From: Anolis carolinensis
Lineage: Eukaryota
DNA: 64,000 bases
Direction: 5' to 3'
Assembly: GCF_035594765.1 (NCBI RefSeq)
Contig: NC_085841.1
Span: forward strand, 329,725,402 to 329,789,401
The translations under genes and the position numbers were made by a program. Under the pieces are notes generated by a model, which saw only the letters and a program-made list of their open reading frames with translations, had not been told where the DNA came from and searched no databases. This document shows, piece after piece, positions 34,801-49,740 of the stretch. The first letter of the stretch is position 1, and each line of letters begins with the position of its first letter.

Positions 34801-37800
34801 AAAGTATACCCAGTGACCGAGGTTTTCTGTGGCACTCTGCTTATATATTCGGGTGCTGTTCTTAAATGTGGGAATGTTAATATTTCCAATTGAGGTAAAT
34901 ATGGGTTTGACTTTGTGTTTGCTCTATTACATATAACATCCCTAAAATAAACTGAATAATATTGGGCCTATCAAGTGTTGGATTAAAGTTAGCACCAATT
35001 GTAGCCAGTCTAGCCAGTTGTGATGGATCATGAAAATTACAGTCCAGCAACACCTAGAGGGCTGTATAATGCCCATCTCTGCTCTAAAAGTTGTTTGTCA
35101 GCTACTTAGACACCTATCCAGGCTCATCCTACAGATATGCTTGTCTCTAAATTGTTGAATACATGAAATTAGACTGTTCTAGGTATTGTTATGAAATATT
35201 AAATCACATTCATCAGGATGTTTTAAAATATGGAATGAATTATATTGTGTAATGTCAGTGAGAATTCTAATATATTGAGAGTAAGGGTCACATTTAATTC
35301 TTAATGTACATTCTGTGCACTTTCTGACCCCAGTAAGAATTCCACCCCCTTCTAAATGTTGCTAACCTTCTGACACACCGAGCACTTCTTCTTTCCTGCA
35401 TCATGATGTATGGATTTTTTTTATCCCAATATATTACATTGGCTGTCAACAGAAATACCACAGCAGTAGAAGAGTATATTTGGAGGCATTTTGTTCCAGG
35501 TGATTTCTTTTTAAGTATACCTGGTAAGTGGCTGAAATAAAAGCAATTGCTTCCAATTGTTCAAGTGACAGTATCACAGAAAACATACATTATAGTTCTA
35601 GTTTTGCATCCTGGTTAAAAACAGTAACATAATTGCTTATGGGCATTCTAGCCAACCTGGTCAAGTGTAATATCTGTAATACCTAAATGGGAGGTGGGCA
35701 ATTTTGAAAAGGCCTGGTGGGCAATTTTCAGCACCATTTAGTCTTGGCAAATCTGAAAAATCAAACATTTTAGATGAAACTGACACAATATCCACTGCCA
35801 GGTTTGTTTTCTAAGTTGGGAAAGGCATCATTCAACTCTGAAAAACTATAATTCTTGGAAGCTTCTAGGGAGAGAAAATGGGCTTCAGGTAGAATATTTT
35901 TCAAGATGAGTAATCTCTGGAGTGGGCTGCAAGTTGCCAAAATGCACTTTGCTCTTCCCTTATTTTGATGCTCCCTCTGAGATATCAATTGATCTTATTC
36001 TTCTTCCATCTCCTTCAGGGTAAATAGCTCCCGTGTGTTCACTGTCCGTTATTTCAGAAGCACCGCAGCATGTCGTAAGTAACTCGGATGATTGTGACTG
36101 GTACTTGCAGATTTTCTACTTGCTGAAGTACATGTAGTCTTGCTCCTTAGATCACATTTACATTATCACTTTTATTTTTTGCTCTTATACACAGATGCAA
36201 AGTGATAGGAAAATGGATTTGGGCTTCTTATCACGGCGCTAATTGTGGTGTTCCACTGCAGATTGGGCTCTGACATGTTAAATCCCTTTGTAATATTTTT
36301 CCTGTGCCTCAGGTCAAGCGTTTTTATCTTATGTCAGCAGGCTAAATAGCATTCTCCAATTGAATACAAGATCAAAAGGAATGTTTCTTGTCCTAAGGAA
36401 GGACAATTACAATTTATGTTTCAATTATGTGAAAGATAACAGCTCTGTCTATACATCATGCCGAATTGGAACCATAGCTTATTATGATGTGAATAAGGAA
36501 TGGAATTACAGGCATTCCCAAAGTTACGAACAAGATAGGTTCTGTAAGTTTGTTCTTAAGATGAATTTGTATTTAAGTCAGAATGATACATTTTAAAGTG
36601 TAATTCCAGCCATATACATACACACACACATACGCACACACACACACATATATATACATGCACACACGTATACATACATGCTTTGGATAGCATAGGGAAG
36701 AGTTAACACCCCTGTTCAGGAAATTTTGCTGCACCTTCTGTCCCTGCGCTCATTGAATTTTGAAAAATGTGGCTTGTTGTAGAAACAAATATTGGTGATA
36801 AAGCTTCAGTGGAGACATGTTTTCCCCATGATAACTCTTTCAGGAGTGAATTTCCCTTCTTAAGGATAGATTTCTCTCACTTCCTGTTGTCTCACTCCTG
36901 TTCTTAACTATGACTCATTTGCAAGTCAAATGTTCATAACTCAGAAACTGCCTATATGTATTTATTTATTTACAGTATTTATATTCTGCCCTTCTCACCT
37001 CGAAGGGGAGTCAGGGCGGATCACAATGCACATATATGTAGCAAACATTTAATGCCATTAGACACACAACATATATATAGACAAACACATATAGACAGAC
37101 ACAGGCAATTTAATATTCCAGCTTCTGGCTTCATGAGGGTATGCTCAATTCCGGCCACAGGAGGAGCTACTGCTTCACCGTCCACTTGTGACACCAAGTC
37201 CTTGATGGAATACTTCCTCATACTTCCGCATGCCACTGGAGATTTTTATGGTATTGTAAATTAGTTAAATTAGCCTCCCCACATAAGCGGTACCTAAATT
37301 CCTACTTAACAGATGCAACTGTCTTCTGGCTGCATAGGTCAACAGCAAGCTGGACTGTTAATGATCAGGAGCTTGCTCTGATCCAGGCTTGCTTTGAACT
37401 CATGACCTCTCGGTCAGTAATGATTTATTGCAGCTGGCTACTAACCAGTTGCGCCATAGCCCGGTCCTTTAGTTTGCATTCCACCCAAATTAGGAGGAAC
37501 TTTGAGACGTTTCATTTGGCTGGACAAACACTGATTAACACTGACAGTGTTTACTTTCATTCAGACAAATTAGAAGCCATAATTACAGAATAATTTCTTT
37601 CATCATCTGATCTGAAGTCCCTGTCAAACAGTTTCATAGGGTGGGCCCTAAGTTCTAATATTATGGAAGAAGTTAAACATCTGAAGAAGTGACGGGTTTG
37701 AAGCTGAGCCTGGAAAACAGGTGGAACCATGCAGATGTAACAGAAGTGAATTCTGACCATTAGGAGCTATAAGGCAACAATTGACAAGTTATTTAAGGCA

Positions 37801-39581
37801 CTATTTGCTGTGATTACTTCCGTGACATATTTCCTTGACATGGAAATAGCTCTTTTCTGTAGATGTCCAAGGGTTTGAAATTGGAAAATATGACGCATTT
37901 TATTATGTCTTTATGCTCATATTTCTTTTACAGGGGAGGAAGTTGTTACAGTGAACACACCGGCGTTTGCAGAATCAGTCACAGAGGGAGATGTCAGGTG
38001 GGAGAAAGGTGAGTAGCTGCTCCTCCCCTTGATCTTTTCCCATATAATCTTCTCTTGATCTGCTATGAAAGTGGACTAAAAGTTGAATTGGATAAAGGGG
38101 CTCTGGATACTCATAGGTATCCAGAACCAAATTAGCCAAATTTTGTAAGTTGGTAAATGCTTTAAGTACATCACTTACTCTGAGGTGCACTTTTTCTTTA
38201 TATAAACATCTCTAAAAATGAGGTGTGTTCTTAAATGTGGGTGTTTTTTTTTTTACCTATAAATATTTTTTCTGTTTATGGTACTGAAATTAATGTGCAT
38301 CTTACAATCTTAGAATTAAAAATACAGTAGATGTAAAGAACTGAAATTATTGTGAAACATATATGATGCTAAAGAAAATATTAATAGAGCACTGCCCCTT
38401 ATTTCATTGTTGCTTTTGTTTAGCTGTGGGAGACACAGTAGCAGAAGATGAAGTGGTGTGTGAGATTGAAACAGACAAGGTAAATGTTTTGTTTTTCTTT
38501 TTAATTTAACATCATCGCCATTAAACACAATAAAAAAACTGACATAGGTATTTGTATGTGTAGACAGAGCTGGAAAATAGGACAGAAAGTCACAAAACAT
38601 AGACAAAAAGCAACCACTTGCAAAGTTGTTTAATATTCTAACAAGTCATGTTCATTCAAGCCAAAAGGCATGCCGTTTTCAAGTCCGTTTTGTCTGACCC
38701 CTCATTTTGTTTATCAGAAAGTTACCTGAAAGGGGAGGGGTGTTTTCTATTTCACTTGGCAGAGGTTCAGCCCAATGGCTACAAGGCTCAATCCTCAGCC
38801 ATTTCAGGCCTTTCTGTGTGAAATCTACATCAGTTGTAGACCCCATTTACAACTGCAGGCCTGTCAAGTTTCAAAACACTTCACCAATCTACTGATTTTT
38901 AAAAATTATTTTAAGTTTTTGCTATAACATTTTGGAATTGTAGTCGCTGGTTGTGTCCATTCTCAGCCAATCAGAGCATGGGCTTTTTATTGGCTGAGAG
39001 ACACAGAGAAAAAAAAACTTCAACTCCCATCATGCTCTGAGATGAACTTTCAATGGCCACCCTAGGCTAGTGCCACTGGGAAAAAAGCGGGTTCTTAGGT
39101 CTCCTCTGGAGGAGGAGGAGGAGGAGGAGGAAACTTTCCAAGAAAAAAAATGAAGCTTCTTCTGCTGGAGAGACAAAAAGACACCACAGGTATTTTGTGG
39201 ACGTAACTCTTTCAAAAAATATTGTCTCTCTGAATCCATTTCACTAGTCTTTTCATCTTTGTCTTCCCCTTTCTGTTTTCGGAAATTAGACAAAACGCCC
39301 CTCCGAAAACTACAAATCTTTTCATTAACAGTGATTTGGGCCCAACTCTAATTCTAACCTCTGCGTATGAAAATGTTTTCTCAGTTTTGATTGCTGGGAA
39401 CTAATATCTCCTCCATCATTCTTAGAGTGAGAGTGAAACAGTCTTATGCACAGTGAAGAAAACAAGGTTGATCAATCAGCATGTATACCATTGGCTTTTT
39501 CATTGACTATAAAGCAATGAATCATTATTTTGAAGAAAACAGTCTCCATTTTCTCCATGCAATAAAGCGTAGTAACTTGTT

Positions 39582-39663
<82 letters not shown>

Positions 39664-42600
39664 CTCTGCCTTTTTACATAATTTCTATTAGAGGGCCAGT
39701 TCCAGAAATGTATAATTATTTCCTCCTCAAATGGTGCCACTGTTTTCTTCCCACTATTGGCAGGCAACTCATTCTTCTTTTATCTGCAGACATCTGTGCA
39801 GGTTCCAGCTCCAGCAGCTGGTGTAATTGAAGCACTTCTTGTCCCTGATGGAGGGAAAGTCGAAGGAGGTACACCTTTGTTTAAACTCAGGAAAGGTGGA
39901 GGTAAGTCAGGACCATGTAACTAATTGATCATCTCTTTTCCATTTATTTGTTGAAACTACCAATAATTTTAAATTAGGAAAATTGATTTTGCAGCTTAAA
40001 AATCTGCATTGATGTACAGTTTATGTAATTCAGTACACATCTGGTTGATCTGCCTAATTGCATCAGTAAACTGACACATGGGCATCTTGTAAAATTGAAT
40101 GGATTGTGTAAGCTTGTTGCTTGTCGGAAGGTAGAAGAAAACACCTGATTATTTGAGAAAGCATGAAATGTGGCAGCAGGCATCTCAGAAGCAGTTGTTC
40201 TTTTTGAACAGAAATGAAGACTATAACAGCTGAGGCTTTACCTGCAGTTTCTCTAAGGTTGAAGGCTAGGTTACTCCAGAATGAGGAGAGAGACAAGGAA
40301 AAATGAAATCACACTTTTGTCTACTTGTATTAATGTACAAACATAGTTGTAAAGCATATTATTTAATTAGGAATTTGTACTAATGCTTTTAAAGGCAGTA
40401 GGCTTTCAAAAGTGGCTTACAGCTAGCATAAAACTTTAAAACGATGCAGTCAGTGAAATAAAGATAGCTGTTTAAAATAGGAACCTAGGAAAGCTAGATA
40501 GCAAAAGGCCTTCCAAAACAGAAAGGTCTTTGTAAAATTGAAGGGAGGAAGCTTGGCAAATATAAATGGGAAATGAGTGCTACATTTGTGGAGCCAATCA
40601 TTAAGAAAGTTGGTTAATGGCAGGTCTAATAGTATGGTCTCAGATGCCTTTTCAAAGTTTGGGGAGCAACATGAATTTATCTAAGTTTAGAGACAATCTG
40701 ATCCCAAACTGTATTACAATTTTTACGGTCAATGCTGGGATTTCAAATTGACCCCACAAACTTCACCCATGGAGCATTTGGACAGGTAGAGTATTTAAGG
40801 ATATATTTTATTAATGGGACTCACTCATGAGACTAAGCATTAATGGTAGTGGAACAAAGCACTTTTGCGTCATCCAGGGCCCACTTTTCTGCAAGATGCT
40901 GGAAAAGTATTAAGTGATTTGTGTGGGGAAATAAATCTGCATGCGTAACCGTCTTTCATCTTTCTCTTTTTTTAGCTGCACCTGCCAAGGCCAAACCAGC
41001 AGCAGCCCCTGCACCAGAGCCTGCTGCAGCACCTGCACCACCAATTGCCCCTGCAGCACCAATTCCCACCGCAATGCCTCCAGTGCCCCCTGTGTCAGCA
41101 GTCCCTGTTGATGCTAAACCAGGTGAGGCCAACAGTCTGTAGTCCTGTTGAACAAATCTGCTCCAATCTGTATAGCAGAGGATCAGTCAGAACTAAAGAT
41201 TTCATAATTCTCCATGGACACTAATTAAGTAATTCCTGTTTTGCTATTGTCTGTTCTTTAGGCGCCTTCTCCCAAATGAATGTTCTCTTTGCCAGTAACC
41301 CTATTTTCTCAATCTCTTGACATGATTCTTTCACTTCCTTTCAGTGTCTGCAGTAAAGCCAACTGCAGCTCCAGCAGCTGCTCCTGCGGAACCTGGGGTC
41401 AGCAAAGGTGCCAGGTTGGAACAAAGGGTAAATTTCTCAGGTTTCGCAATCTGGTGGGGAATGAGGTGCTGAATTGGTGAAATCGGATGAGATTGAGCAG
41501 AGAATAGTTCCCTTATGCAGAAGACACAGTAGGCGGTAGCTCAATTCAGAAGCGTTCTTGATTCAACAGCACTGTCTTTTCTACTTACTGTTCTGATCTG
41601 AGTGATGATCAGAACTGTACATCCTTATCTGTGCTAATAAGCTGGTTGCCTTGCTGCTTTTGTGAATTACTGCTTTTGAGTCCTTCCTGCTAGCTTTCTC
41701 TTAAACACAACTTCTAATGCAGTGGCTCTCAACCTGTGTGTCCCCAGGTGTTTTGGCCTACAACTCCCAGAAATCCCAGCCAGTTTACCAGCTGTTAGGA
41801 TTTCTGGGAGTTGAAGGCCAAAATATCTGGGGACCCACAGGTTGAGAACCCCTTCTAATGTGTGTTAGTTGAGACTGGAATGTCATCTTCACATGTTATT
41901 AATATTTCTCCAGTGGTTATTATAGCTGAGTTCTAAGTTTATTTCTCAAAAAAGAGGGTCAGTTTCATTATATAATTTGGTGTAGCAGTCTCTTCTGGCA
42001 TGTTAATCAGGAAGAGAAAGAAGGAAGGAAAACTGTGGCTTGCATAATTTTGAATGTGAGGTAATGGAAATGTTATTGCTTTTATTATTCCTTCAGGTGA
42101 AGATGAATCGGATGCGTCAGCGCATAGCCCAGCGCCTGAAAGAAGCTCAAAATACATGTGCCATGCTGACTACATTCAATGAAATTGATATGAGGTAAAA
42201 GAAAACCTTCAGTAAACCCACACCTTTCCCTGTTGAATTCTGTGGGAATGTTGATTTGCTGGTGTCATATTTGAGCTTGTTTGCTCAGCTCCTCAGAGTT
42301 TTATTAGTCATGTCCTGGGCTGATGGTTTTGATCAGCTTATTCGGAGTGTATTTTGCACAGTACTGAGAAAGGCTGGGTGGATTCTTGGGAAGCAAGATC
42401 CTCCCAATTTACAGAGGCATAAAATTTGACTCCCAACACATTTCCCTCACATCATTCCCATCCTGTGTTCGTAGTTCTGTTTAGCTGGTGAATGTTTAAG
42501 GGTGAAACTCTCCAAAGAAGGATTCAGTAATGCCACTTGCCATAAAGAATTTGTGGGACCTTCACTCAGTTATGGTATCTTACTTGTGGGGGACCAACAG

Positions 42601-45600
42601 TGTTCCAGCCAAATGCTTGATTGGCCTGAGTGCTAATGGATTTCTGGAGGGAAAAGCTTATATTTCAGTGCATTAAGGGTAATGGTGCCCAAATCAAATT
42701 GCCCCATGAAATTCTATCTGGCTTCTTAAGACAAAACATGTAAATATTTTGTGCTTGAAATAATAAGGTTGGCAAAACAATCATGATTGGAGAGGAAATG
42801 CTGCAACTTATCTCTTTTTAGAGACTAATGGAGGTGTCGCTTTACTCTGGCCCCGGGCTGTTGTTGCAGCCAGTAATCTGTTTTGAATTGATTGTCCCCA
42901 GCCTGAATGCCGTGCCGTCAACTTGCAAGAACCTGGGCAGGGCCTTTTGCCTTCCCTTTGGGAATCAGTGTCTGTTGGGAAGCTGGCTCATGATGGCTTC
43001 TTCCTCTCAAACCACTCCTTCAGTCTAGCAGGATGTGTGTCTTGGGAGGCAATAATGTCTTTGGACAGTAATCCTAGCTGCAAACAAGATTAGGCAAAGG
43101 AAAACACACAGTCTAAGCCCAAAGGGGCACTTTTACTTTCTAAAAACTGCCTTTGTAAAGCCATATTGTCTGAGAGGTAGAAGATAAATGTTAACAATGT
43201 AAATGTTTAGAACGATCAAGACAAAAGTTGCTCTGTTCGATTTGTACAGCAGGTTTGGGTTCTCTTAAGGGAAGAAGGAAATTGCTATTTTCTGTCCTCT
43301 AATTAAAGATGATTTCAGAAAACCATTTTTGTGGAGACCCTCAAAAGATGTAGCGCCAAACTCATATTCTCTATTTGTTTTTTAATGTGAGGCCAAAAAA
43401 ACCCCTGGACATTTACCTTTTTTAGATTTTATTAAATAAAACCATACGAGAACTCCTTCAGGATTAGATAAGCAGAGTAAGCAGAAGGTTCCTTCTTATT
43501 TCTCAGTACAATTTATTCTAAAGCTTCCTCTTTCTGCTTCAGGACATTAGTCTTTTCTTTGCAGTATAATGTACTCTGCCTTGGTGGCAACTCTCAAAAC
43601 CCTTGAACACAGAAATTTGCTGTTAGTACTTTAAATTGGGGCAACCTTCAGGCCTCTTTCTGAGATAGTCTGTATGAATTTGGAATGTGCTCATGCCTAG
43701 TTGTTTGAACTCATACAGGAGAAAACATTGAGTAATTGTGGATGTTTTAGACTAGCATGCAGAAATTTGTTTTGATAGGCATTCTGTGGCTGTAACTGGA
43801 TTGGCTGCTGATGAATTATCAAATTGGATGTTCTAAAAAAGTTACTACCGTTTTATCTTTCTAGTGTTATTTTAGTTTGAAAGTGTCTTAAAGGTTTTAA
43901 GAAATATTTCACTGTGACCTTTTTCAAAATTCCTTGCTTAGCAATAATACAGTTTTAAGAAGTTTGGAAGGAATACTGTACATTTCAGTATCTCTCAGTG
44001 CATCTCTTAATCTGGAAAACAGTCCAGTCAGCCTGGATTTTGAATCTGCAGTGTTGCTGAAGGTTTTTGCTTTGTTTCATGGTGTAAATGTCTAGTATAG
44101 CATTAAGCTTTTTTACAAGATATATTTGAGATGTAAAGCAAATATAGACCAGACAGAATATATTGTAGAATTGGTGCCTCTGTATACAGAGAAAATAAGA
44201 ACTTTTCTGACCTTGCTAATTGTTAAGATCTCTCTGATCATAAATATTCTTCTGGCATTTCCAGTAACATCCAGGAAATGAGAGCCCGACACAGGGACAG
44301 TTTCCTAAAGAAGCACAATATGAAACTTGGATTTATGTCTGCCTTTGTGAAAGCTTCAGCCTTTGCCCTGCAAGAGCAACCCGTTGTAAATGCAGGTAAG
44401 GACAGCGGGCCTATATTCGTGAGATAAAGATGGCCTGAAAGTTTACAGGAAAAGGCCTGAATGGGAGCTACAATTTCTCAGGCCTTTGTCCAGTTGTACC
44501 ATTGGACTAGCAGTTGAGATTTTCAGATATAGTGTATCACTGGGTTTTTTTTACCACAAACAATATTACTTTGTTGCATTAAGTATTTGTTTAACCACAG
44601 CAGTTTTGCACATTTGCTTGAGTAAAGGTATAATTGATCACAATTGTACTAGCGGGCATTTTCACACTGCTAAACTGGAGTTAGGCTTTGGACTTCATGA
44701 TGAAATCATTGAGAATATCTACAGTGATACTGATTATGTGAAGTGCTTTTGTACAAATAACAATTACTATATTTGAAAATCCCTTTCCTGGCAAAAGTCA
44801 CATGATGATGATGATAGGCTTGAAGTTTAGGGCATCTGTACCATATCCAGTTATCTAATTCATATATTTAGGGCACACTTCATCATATTCATGGTAGGCC
44901 ATTCTCCCAGAAGTCCAAGTGTACACAGTTTAAAACAAATGAAGAATTACACACCAGGAAGCATGATCTAGCTTCAGAACCACTTCCATGTCAACACATT
45001 TCTGGATTTAGTTGTTGTTTTCTTTAAAGAAGGGGAATATAAACTAAAGTAGACTTTGTCTGATTTAGTTTCATTAGGAAGCTGTGCTATGGCCTGTGGC
45101 AGATCCAAAGTGGGGCCAAAATTGCCCTCTGGAGTTAATTAAGTTCCCCATCCCTGACATGAAAGCTTAACTGTAGCCTAAGAACATCTTGATCCATTTT
45201 GTTGCCACCATATAGCCGTAGGTGTCCAAAATTACTAGCTTGGTTTCCTTTTTCTCCCCTCTACCTTTTCCGCACTTCCCTGTACATTTAAGAAGACTCT
45301 CCTTGTCTTGGTCTTTTTTTTTGATTGAGGATGAGGCATAAATGCCCATCACAACATCTGGTCCGGTCAGGCCTCCGGTATTAATCTGAAGAGATGTGGA
45401 TAGGGCTCAGTTCTTATGTCCTTTGGGCCACACTGATTGGAGCCTTGCCTCCTCATGTTGCATTATGTAACAGCCTGCTTTTCTTTTTTGTCCTAGTGAT
45501 TGATGATACAACCAAAGAGATTGTATACAGGGAATATGTGGATATCAGTGTTGCAGTTGCAACTCCAAGGGTATGTATCTTGCCTTACTCTACTTTCCCC

Positions 45601-48453
45601 TCTTGACTTCAAGAGACAGGATACTTCCAGAAAACCTGTAGGCTCCTTTTTTCTAAAATTATACAATCCTTTTATGTTTCAGTAATTGATGGTTCTAATT
45701 ATCTGGTGCATGCACTACAGGAAAATATTACTAGCAATGTATTTTAGTTCCATCTTCCAGTGATTTTTTTTTGTAGACATCATTCTGTCTAAAGATGTTT
45801 TTCCCCCATCCCATCTCCCTGTAATGTTGTATAGTATTATGGAGGTTCTGTCTGATCCCATGATATTTCTTCCCTATAGGGTCTCGTAGTCCCTGTCATC
45901 AGAAATGTAGACACAATGAATTTTGCTGATATTGAAAGAGCAATCAATGAACTGGGAGAAAAGGTAATGGATGATGAGTACAAGGCCATCCCAAAGGGGT
46001 GAAAATGGGAGAGAGAGCTACTTGTGGCACTTGAAAAACAAAAACAGGATAGCATGATAAAGATTCTGGTTCAGCAATTTGGCTAAAAAAATATCTTAAG
46101 CATTCTGCATAGTCTAATTTCATAAGGCTCAAAGCTTGGAAAATGACTTTTGTGGGCTACAGCTCCCAGAAATATAAATTCTCCAAGCTCTAGATTGAAC
46201 AAAAGATTCCCACTAGGCTAGAGCAAGGATCCATCTAGTCCAGTACAGGCAGTCCTCAAGTGACAAACAAGATAGGTTCTGTAGGTTGGTTCTTAAATTG
46301 AATTTTTATGTCAGTTGGAACAGGTGTATTTTTAAGTGTAACTCCAGCCAAACTTTGGATAGTAAAGGGAGAGGTTAACATCCCTGTGATATTTGTTTTG
46401 CTGTCCGTGCCCCTGTTCAGAAGAATTCACATCACTTTCTGTCCCTGTGATAATTGGATTTTGAGAATTTTGGCTTGTTGTGGAAACAAAGATTGGTGAT
46501 AAAAGTTCCAGCTGAGACATCCTTTCCCATGATAATTCTTTCAGGAGTGAGTTGCCCTTCCAGGGAGTAGATTTCTCTCATTTCCTGTTGTCTCACCCCT
46601 GTTGTTAACTATGAGTCATTTGCAAATCGGATGTTTGTAACTCAGGGACTGCCTGTATTCTGCTTCGAATATTAGAAAGGCACCTCTAGGAAACTTACAA
46701 AAAGAGTACTCATCTAGAGCTGTGATGTTGTCTAACCCAAGACTGAATCATCTGAGATGCAGTATGTTCAAAATTGGGGATTCAATTGTCTGTCATGGTT
46801 ATCAGCTCTTGATAAAAAGCTTGTGAAGATTATCTTTTAAAAAGTAATCTAAGCTAGTGGTCCTATTGTGTTGGGCAAAGAAGTGTTGTTAATAATTATA
46901 ACGATTTATCTGTAAAAATATACTAGAATTCACATTTCTCGGCATTAGAGGCCAGACTTCTCAAGGTGTCTTCATCCTAGAAGGTTGTTTTGATATGCTG
47001 AAATAGTGGCCTATATCCAGTGTAGCATTAGCATGATAGAATGTATTTCCCTTCATGGATCTAAAGAAAGAAAGAAAGAAGAGCTCACAACCTGCTGGAT
47101 TCAACTGTTTCTTTACCAGGAGCGCAACAGTCAAGAGGTAGCAGTGCTCTAGTGGGGAGAAGTATTTGAACTGTTCACATAATCTTAGTGTTAAAAGTTT
47201 AAAAGTAGCAGTGAGTTCCTCTTACTTGGAATAGATAAGAAGCAGTTAGGCAAACCCCTACTTATCTTGATTTCTCTTTTTGGATTCCTTTACAAAGCTT
47301 GCATGTTGCAACCAGAGCAAATGTGTCATGTCCGGGGTTTCACTCTCATTTTAGGCCCGCAAGAACGAGCTTGCCATTGAAGACATGGATGGTGGTACAT
47401 TCACTATCAGCAATGGTGGTGTATTCGGATCACTTTTTGGAACGCCCATTATCAACCCACCTCAGTCTGCTATTCTGGGGATGCACGGCATCTTTGACAG
47501 GCCTGTTGCTATTGGAGGCAAGGTATGTACTATGTGGAAGGTTCAAATGCACTTCACGTAGTCAGTCATTAAAATACATGGTTCACCAACTTTGCATGGT
47601 TTGCATGGCTGCTCAATTGGGATGATTCTTAAATTGCCTGACTCAGTGGACAAATTCCGGTCCGTACTGGAAATGCTCATGGCATTTCTCATATGATCAT
47701 AGCAATATTTCAAGGGCCTTTAATGTAGTGAAGTGTAAGAACTTTGACTAGTTTCAGTGCCTCCTAAGTACAGTAGAAAAGGCTCACTAATTGAGAATTT
47801 TGGTGTATGGTTTTTGGGAAACAATTCTGAGTGCTGATCAGCATTCATATGCTGGAAATGTATGAGAAGGAGTTGTGTGCAGTGAAATCCCAAATTGTTT
47901 GAAAGAAGTGTGCTTTACTGGGTTGCTGTGAGTTTTCTGGGCTGTATGGCCATGTTCCAGAAGCATTCTCTCCTGGAACATGGCCATACAGCCCAGAAAA
48001 CTCACAACAACCCGGTGATTCTGGCCGTGAAAGCTTTTGACAACACAAAGTGGGCTTTAGTTTAGAAATATGTGCATTTGGTTTTAGTGAAAAAGAGGGT
48101 CCTTTCTTGGCTATGCTAGTGTAATTGAACTGTGTGAAGTTTTTTTTTTATGTGAACTGGCCTGGCTCTTGAAGAGAAGAACTAGAGCAGGCATGGGGAA
48201 ACTGGCTCTCCAGGTGTTTTCGACTTCAACTCCCACAATTCCTAACAGCCTACCAGCCTGAACTAGAGTTACCATCAAAAATAATGATTAATTTAACAAG
48301 GACATCTTTCTTCTTTAGGTTGAGGTGCGACCAATGATGTTTGTGGCCCTGACATATGACCACCGTTTGATTGATGGCAGAGAGGCAGTGACTTTCCTGC
48401 GTAAGATCAAGGCCGTGGTGGAAGACCCTCGTGTGCTGTTGCTTGACCTGTAA
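28671..48453 (+). CDS. DLST: Dihydrolipoamide S-succinyltransferase (E2 of 2-oxoglutarate dehydrogenase), mitochondrial, 458 aa, 15 exons
   Basis: Exons: 28671-28745, 32521-32554, 34459-34507, 36019-36074, 37934-38008, 38424-38479, 39790-39901, 40976-41122, 41345-41427, 42097-42194, 44265-44395, 45497-45570, 45880-45963, 47355-47522, 48319-48453. All GT-AG and in frame (1377 nt). Contains the lipoyl motif EIETDKTSV, an Ala/Pro linker and the catalytic DHRLIDG. Confidence 0.97.
29495..30016 (-). mobile_element. L2-type LINE 3' fragment lying between two halves of a hAT MITE
   Basis: Minus-strand peptide remnants [20 protein letters not shown] and [14 protein letters not shown]; MITE halves at ~29442-29491 and ~30017-30083. 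Confidence 0.7.
36509..36952. mobile_element. Tc1/mariner (Tigger-like) MITE
   Basis: TA-CAGGCA...TGCCT(G/A)-TA termini; related copies at ~46246-46655 and ~52770-53160. Confidence 0.6.
36957..37467 (-). mobile_element. tRNA-derived SINE with L2-like 3' end and (TAAA)n tail
   Basis: Minus-strand head ggaccgggctatggcgcaactgg (A box) and gagttcaaagc (B box); tail taaataaataaata. Confidence 0.6.
39585..39661. repeat. Compound (TA)n(GA)n microsatellite
   Basis: Directly visible. Confidence 0.95.
41720..41850. mobile_element. Short palindromic hAT (SPIN-TIR-like) MITE
   Basis: cagtggctctcaacctg...caggttgagaacc; related copies at ~59318-59450 and ~61812-61934. Confidence 0.6.
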
Positions 48454-49569
48454 ATGGGCAGCAGCTTACCTCCCCCTCCCACCCCAGCCAGCCGAGGAAG
48501 GAGACCGCACCAGCAGACAGAAGAGGGCTGCCAGGGATCAGCAGGGCTTCATTCTGGCATCCTCCTCCTCATTGTGCAGGAGGTGCTTTGAACTGAACCC
48601 TCAGGATCGTGTGCCACCCACTTTCCCTGTCTCTTCCAAAGATAGATCATTTTCTTCCCTAAGGCAGTTTTCATGACTAGTTCAGATGTAAGCTACTATT
48701 TCTCCCTCTGACTTCAGATCGATTTAGCCTCACCTCACTCCTAAGATCTCATGGGAATAGCTAGATTAGTCCGCATTTTAGCTAGATTTTCACTCCCAAG
48801 CTGGTCTTGCACAGAATTTCAGCTTTAATTCACTGTCAGCCATGCAGACTGCTAGGGAGAGAAAAGGTTGCTGCTGGGTCTCTGCTCCATTTGAAGGCTT
48901 TCACTCTCTTTCTCTTGCAAGTGAAGCTGGCCTGGGAACCTGTAAAATGACTCTGTTGCAGTGCCTGGTCTTCTACACCTCCAGTGATGGAGAGGAGATC
49001 TTTTTCTCTAGCCACCTTGTGGTTTCTCGACCTTAGCAAGAGCGAGGCGCTTCTTGGGGTTCCTGCCTCCCTTGTCATTTCCTACACCCCATGATTGCCG
49101 AGAGGCAGTGTTAAAGACTGTTTTCACAGATTTTCCTCCAACCTATTCCTGTTGAGAACAAGAAAATGGCCGTGACAAATCCAGATGCTCTTCCTTTTTG
49201 TTCTAACCTGATAGGGCAGAATCAGTGTCCCTGTCAGGGTCAGTTCAAATGGACTGGTTGCCAGGGATTAGTGAGAGGAAACAATCCTCTACAGCTGTCC
49301 TGCATTCCATCTGATCCTCAGAAGATGACTTCATCAATTTCTTGTCTGCAGTGGTTTGGTCTGATAATGTGGTAATGTAAGTTGGGACTCATGTGTCACA
49401 CGTGGCATGTATCTCAACCCAAGGCTGCTGGTTCATGGGACATACCCTTAGTATAATAGACACACATGTATTATTGAGTGAGAGGGTTGCTAGTGCCTGC
49501 AAGGTTTATTACTCTTGTCGCCGCACAGAACTTGTAATTAAAGTATTTAACAAAAGAGATTTTAAACAA

Positions 49570-49740
49570 AATAAAACAAGGAAATTACATGTGTGCATGT
49601 GAATGAGACAATTGGGTGTATGTGTCAGAGGGAAAGTAGAATTTAAACTCCAAAACATGTCTGAATTGCTAATAAGCATACATTGAATAATATGGGCAGA
49701 TTTTATCCTGACCATTTCTACTCTCAGCAGAGGAAATAAA
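49570..49740 (+). terminator. Candidate DLST polyadenylation signals
   Basis: AATAAA at ~49570 and ~49735, 1.1-1.3 kb after the stop codon. Confidence 0.45.

Noticed and set aside
41590-41615. Small hairpin with TGATGA/CTGA in a DLST intron as a C/D snoRNA
   Set aside because: The box order is reversed and it is far too short.
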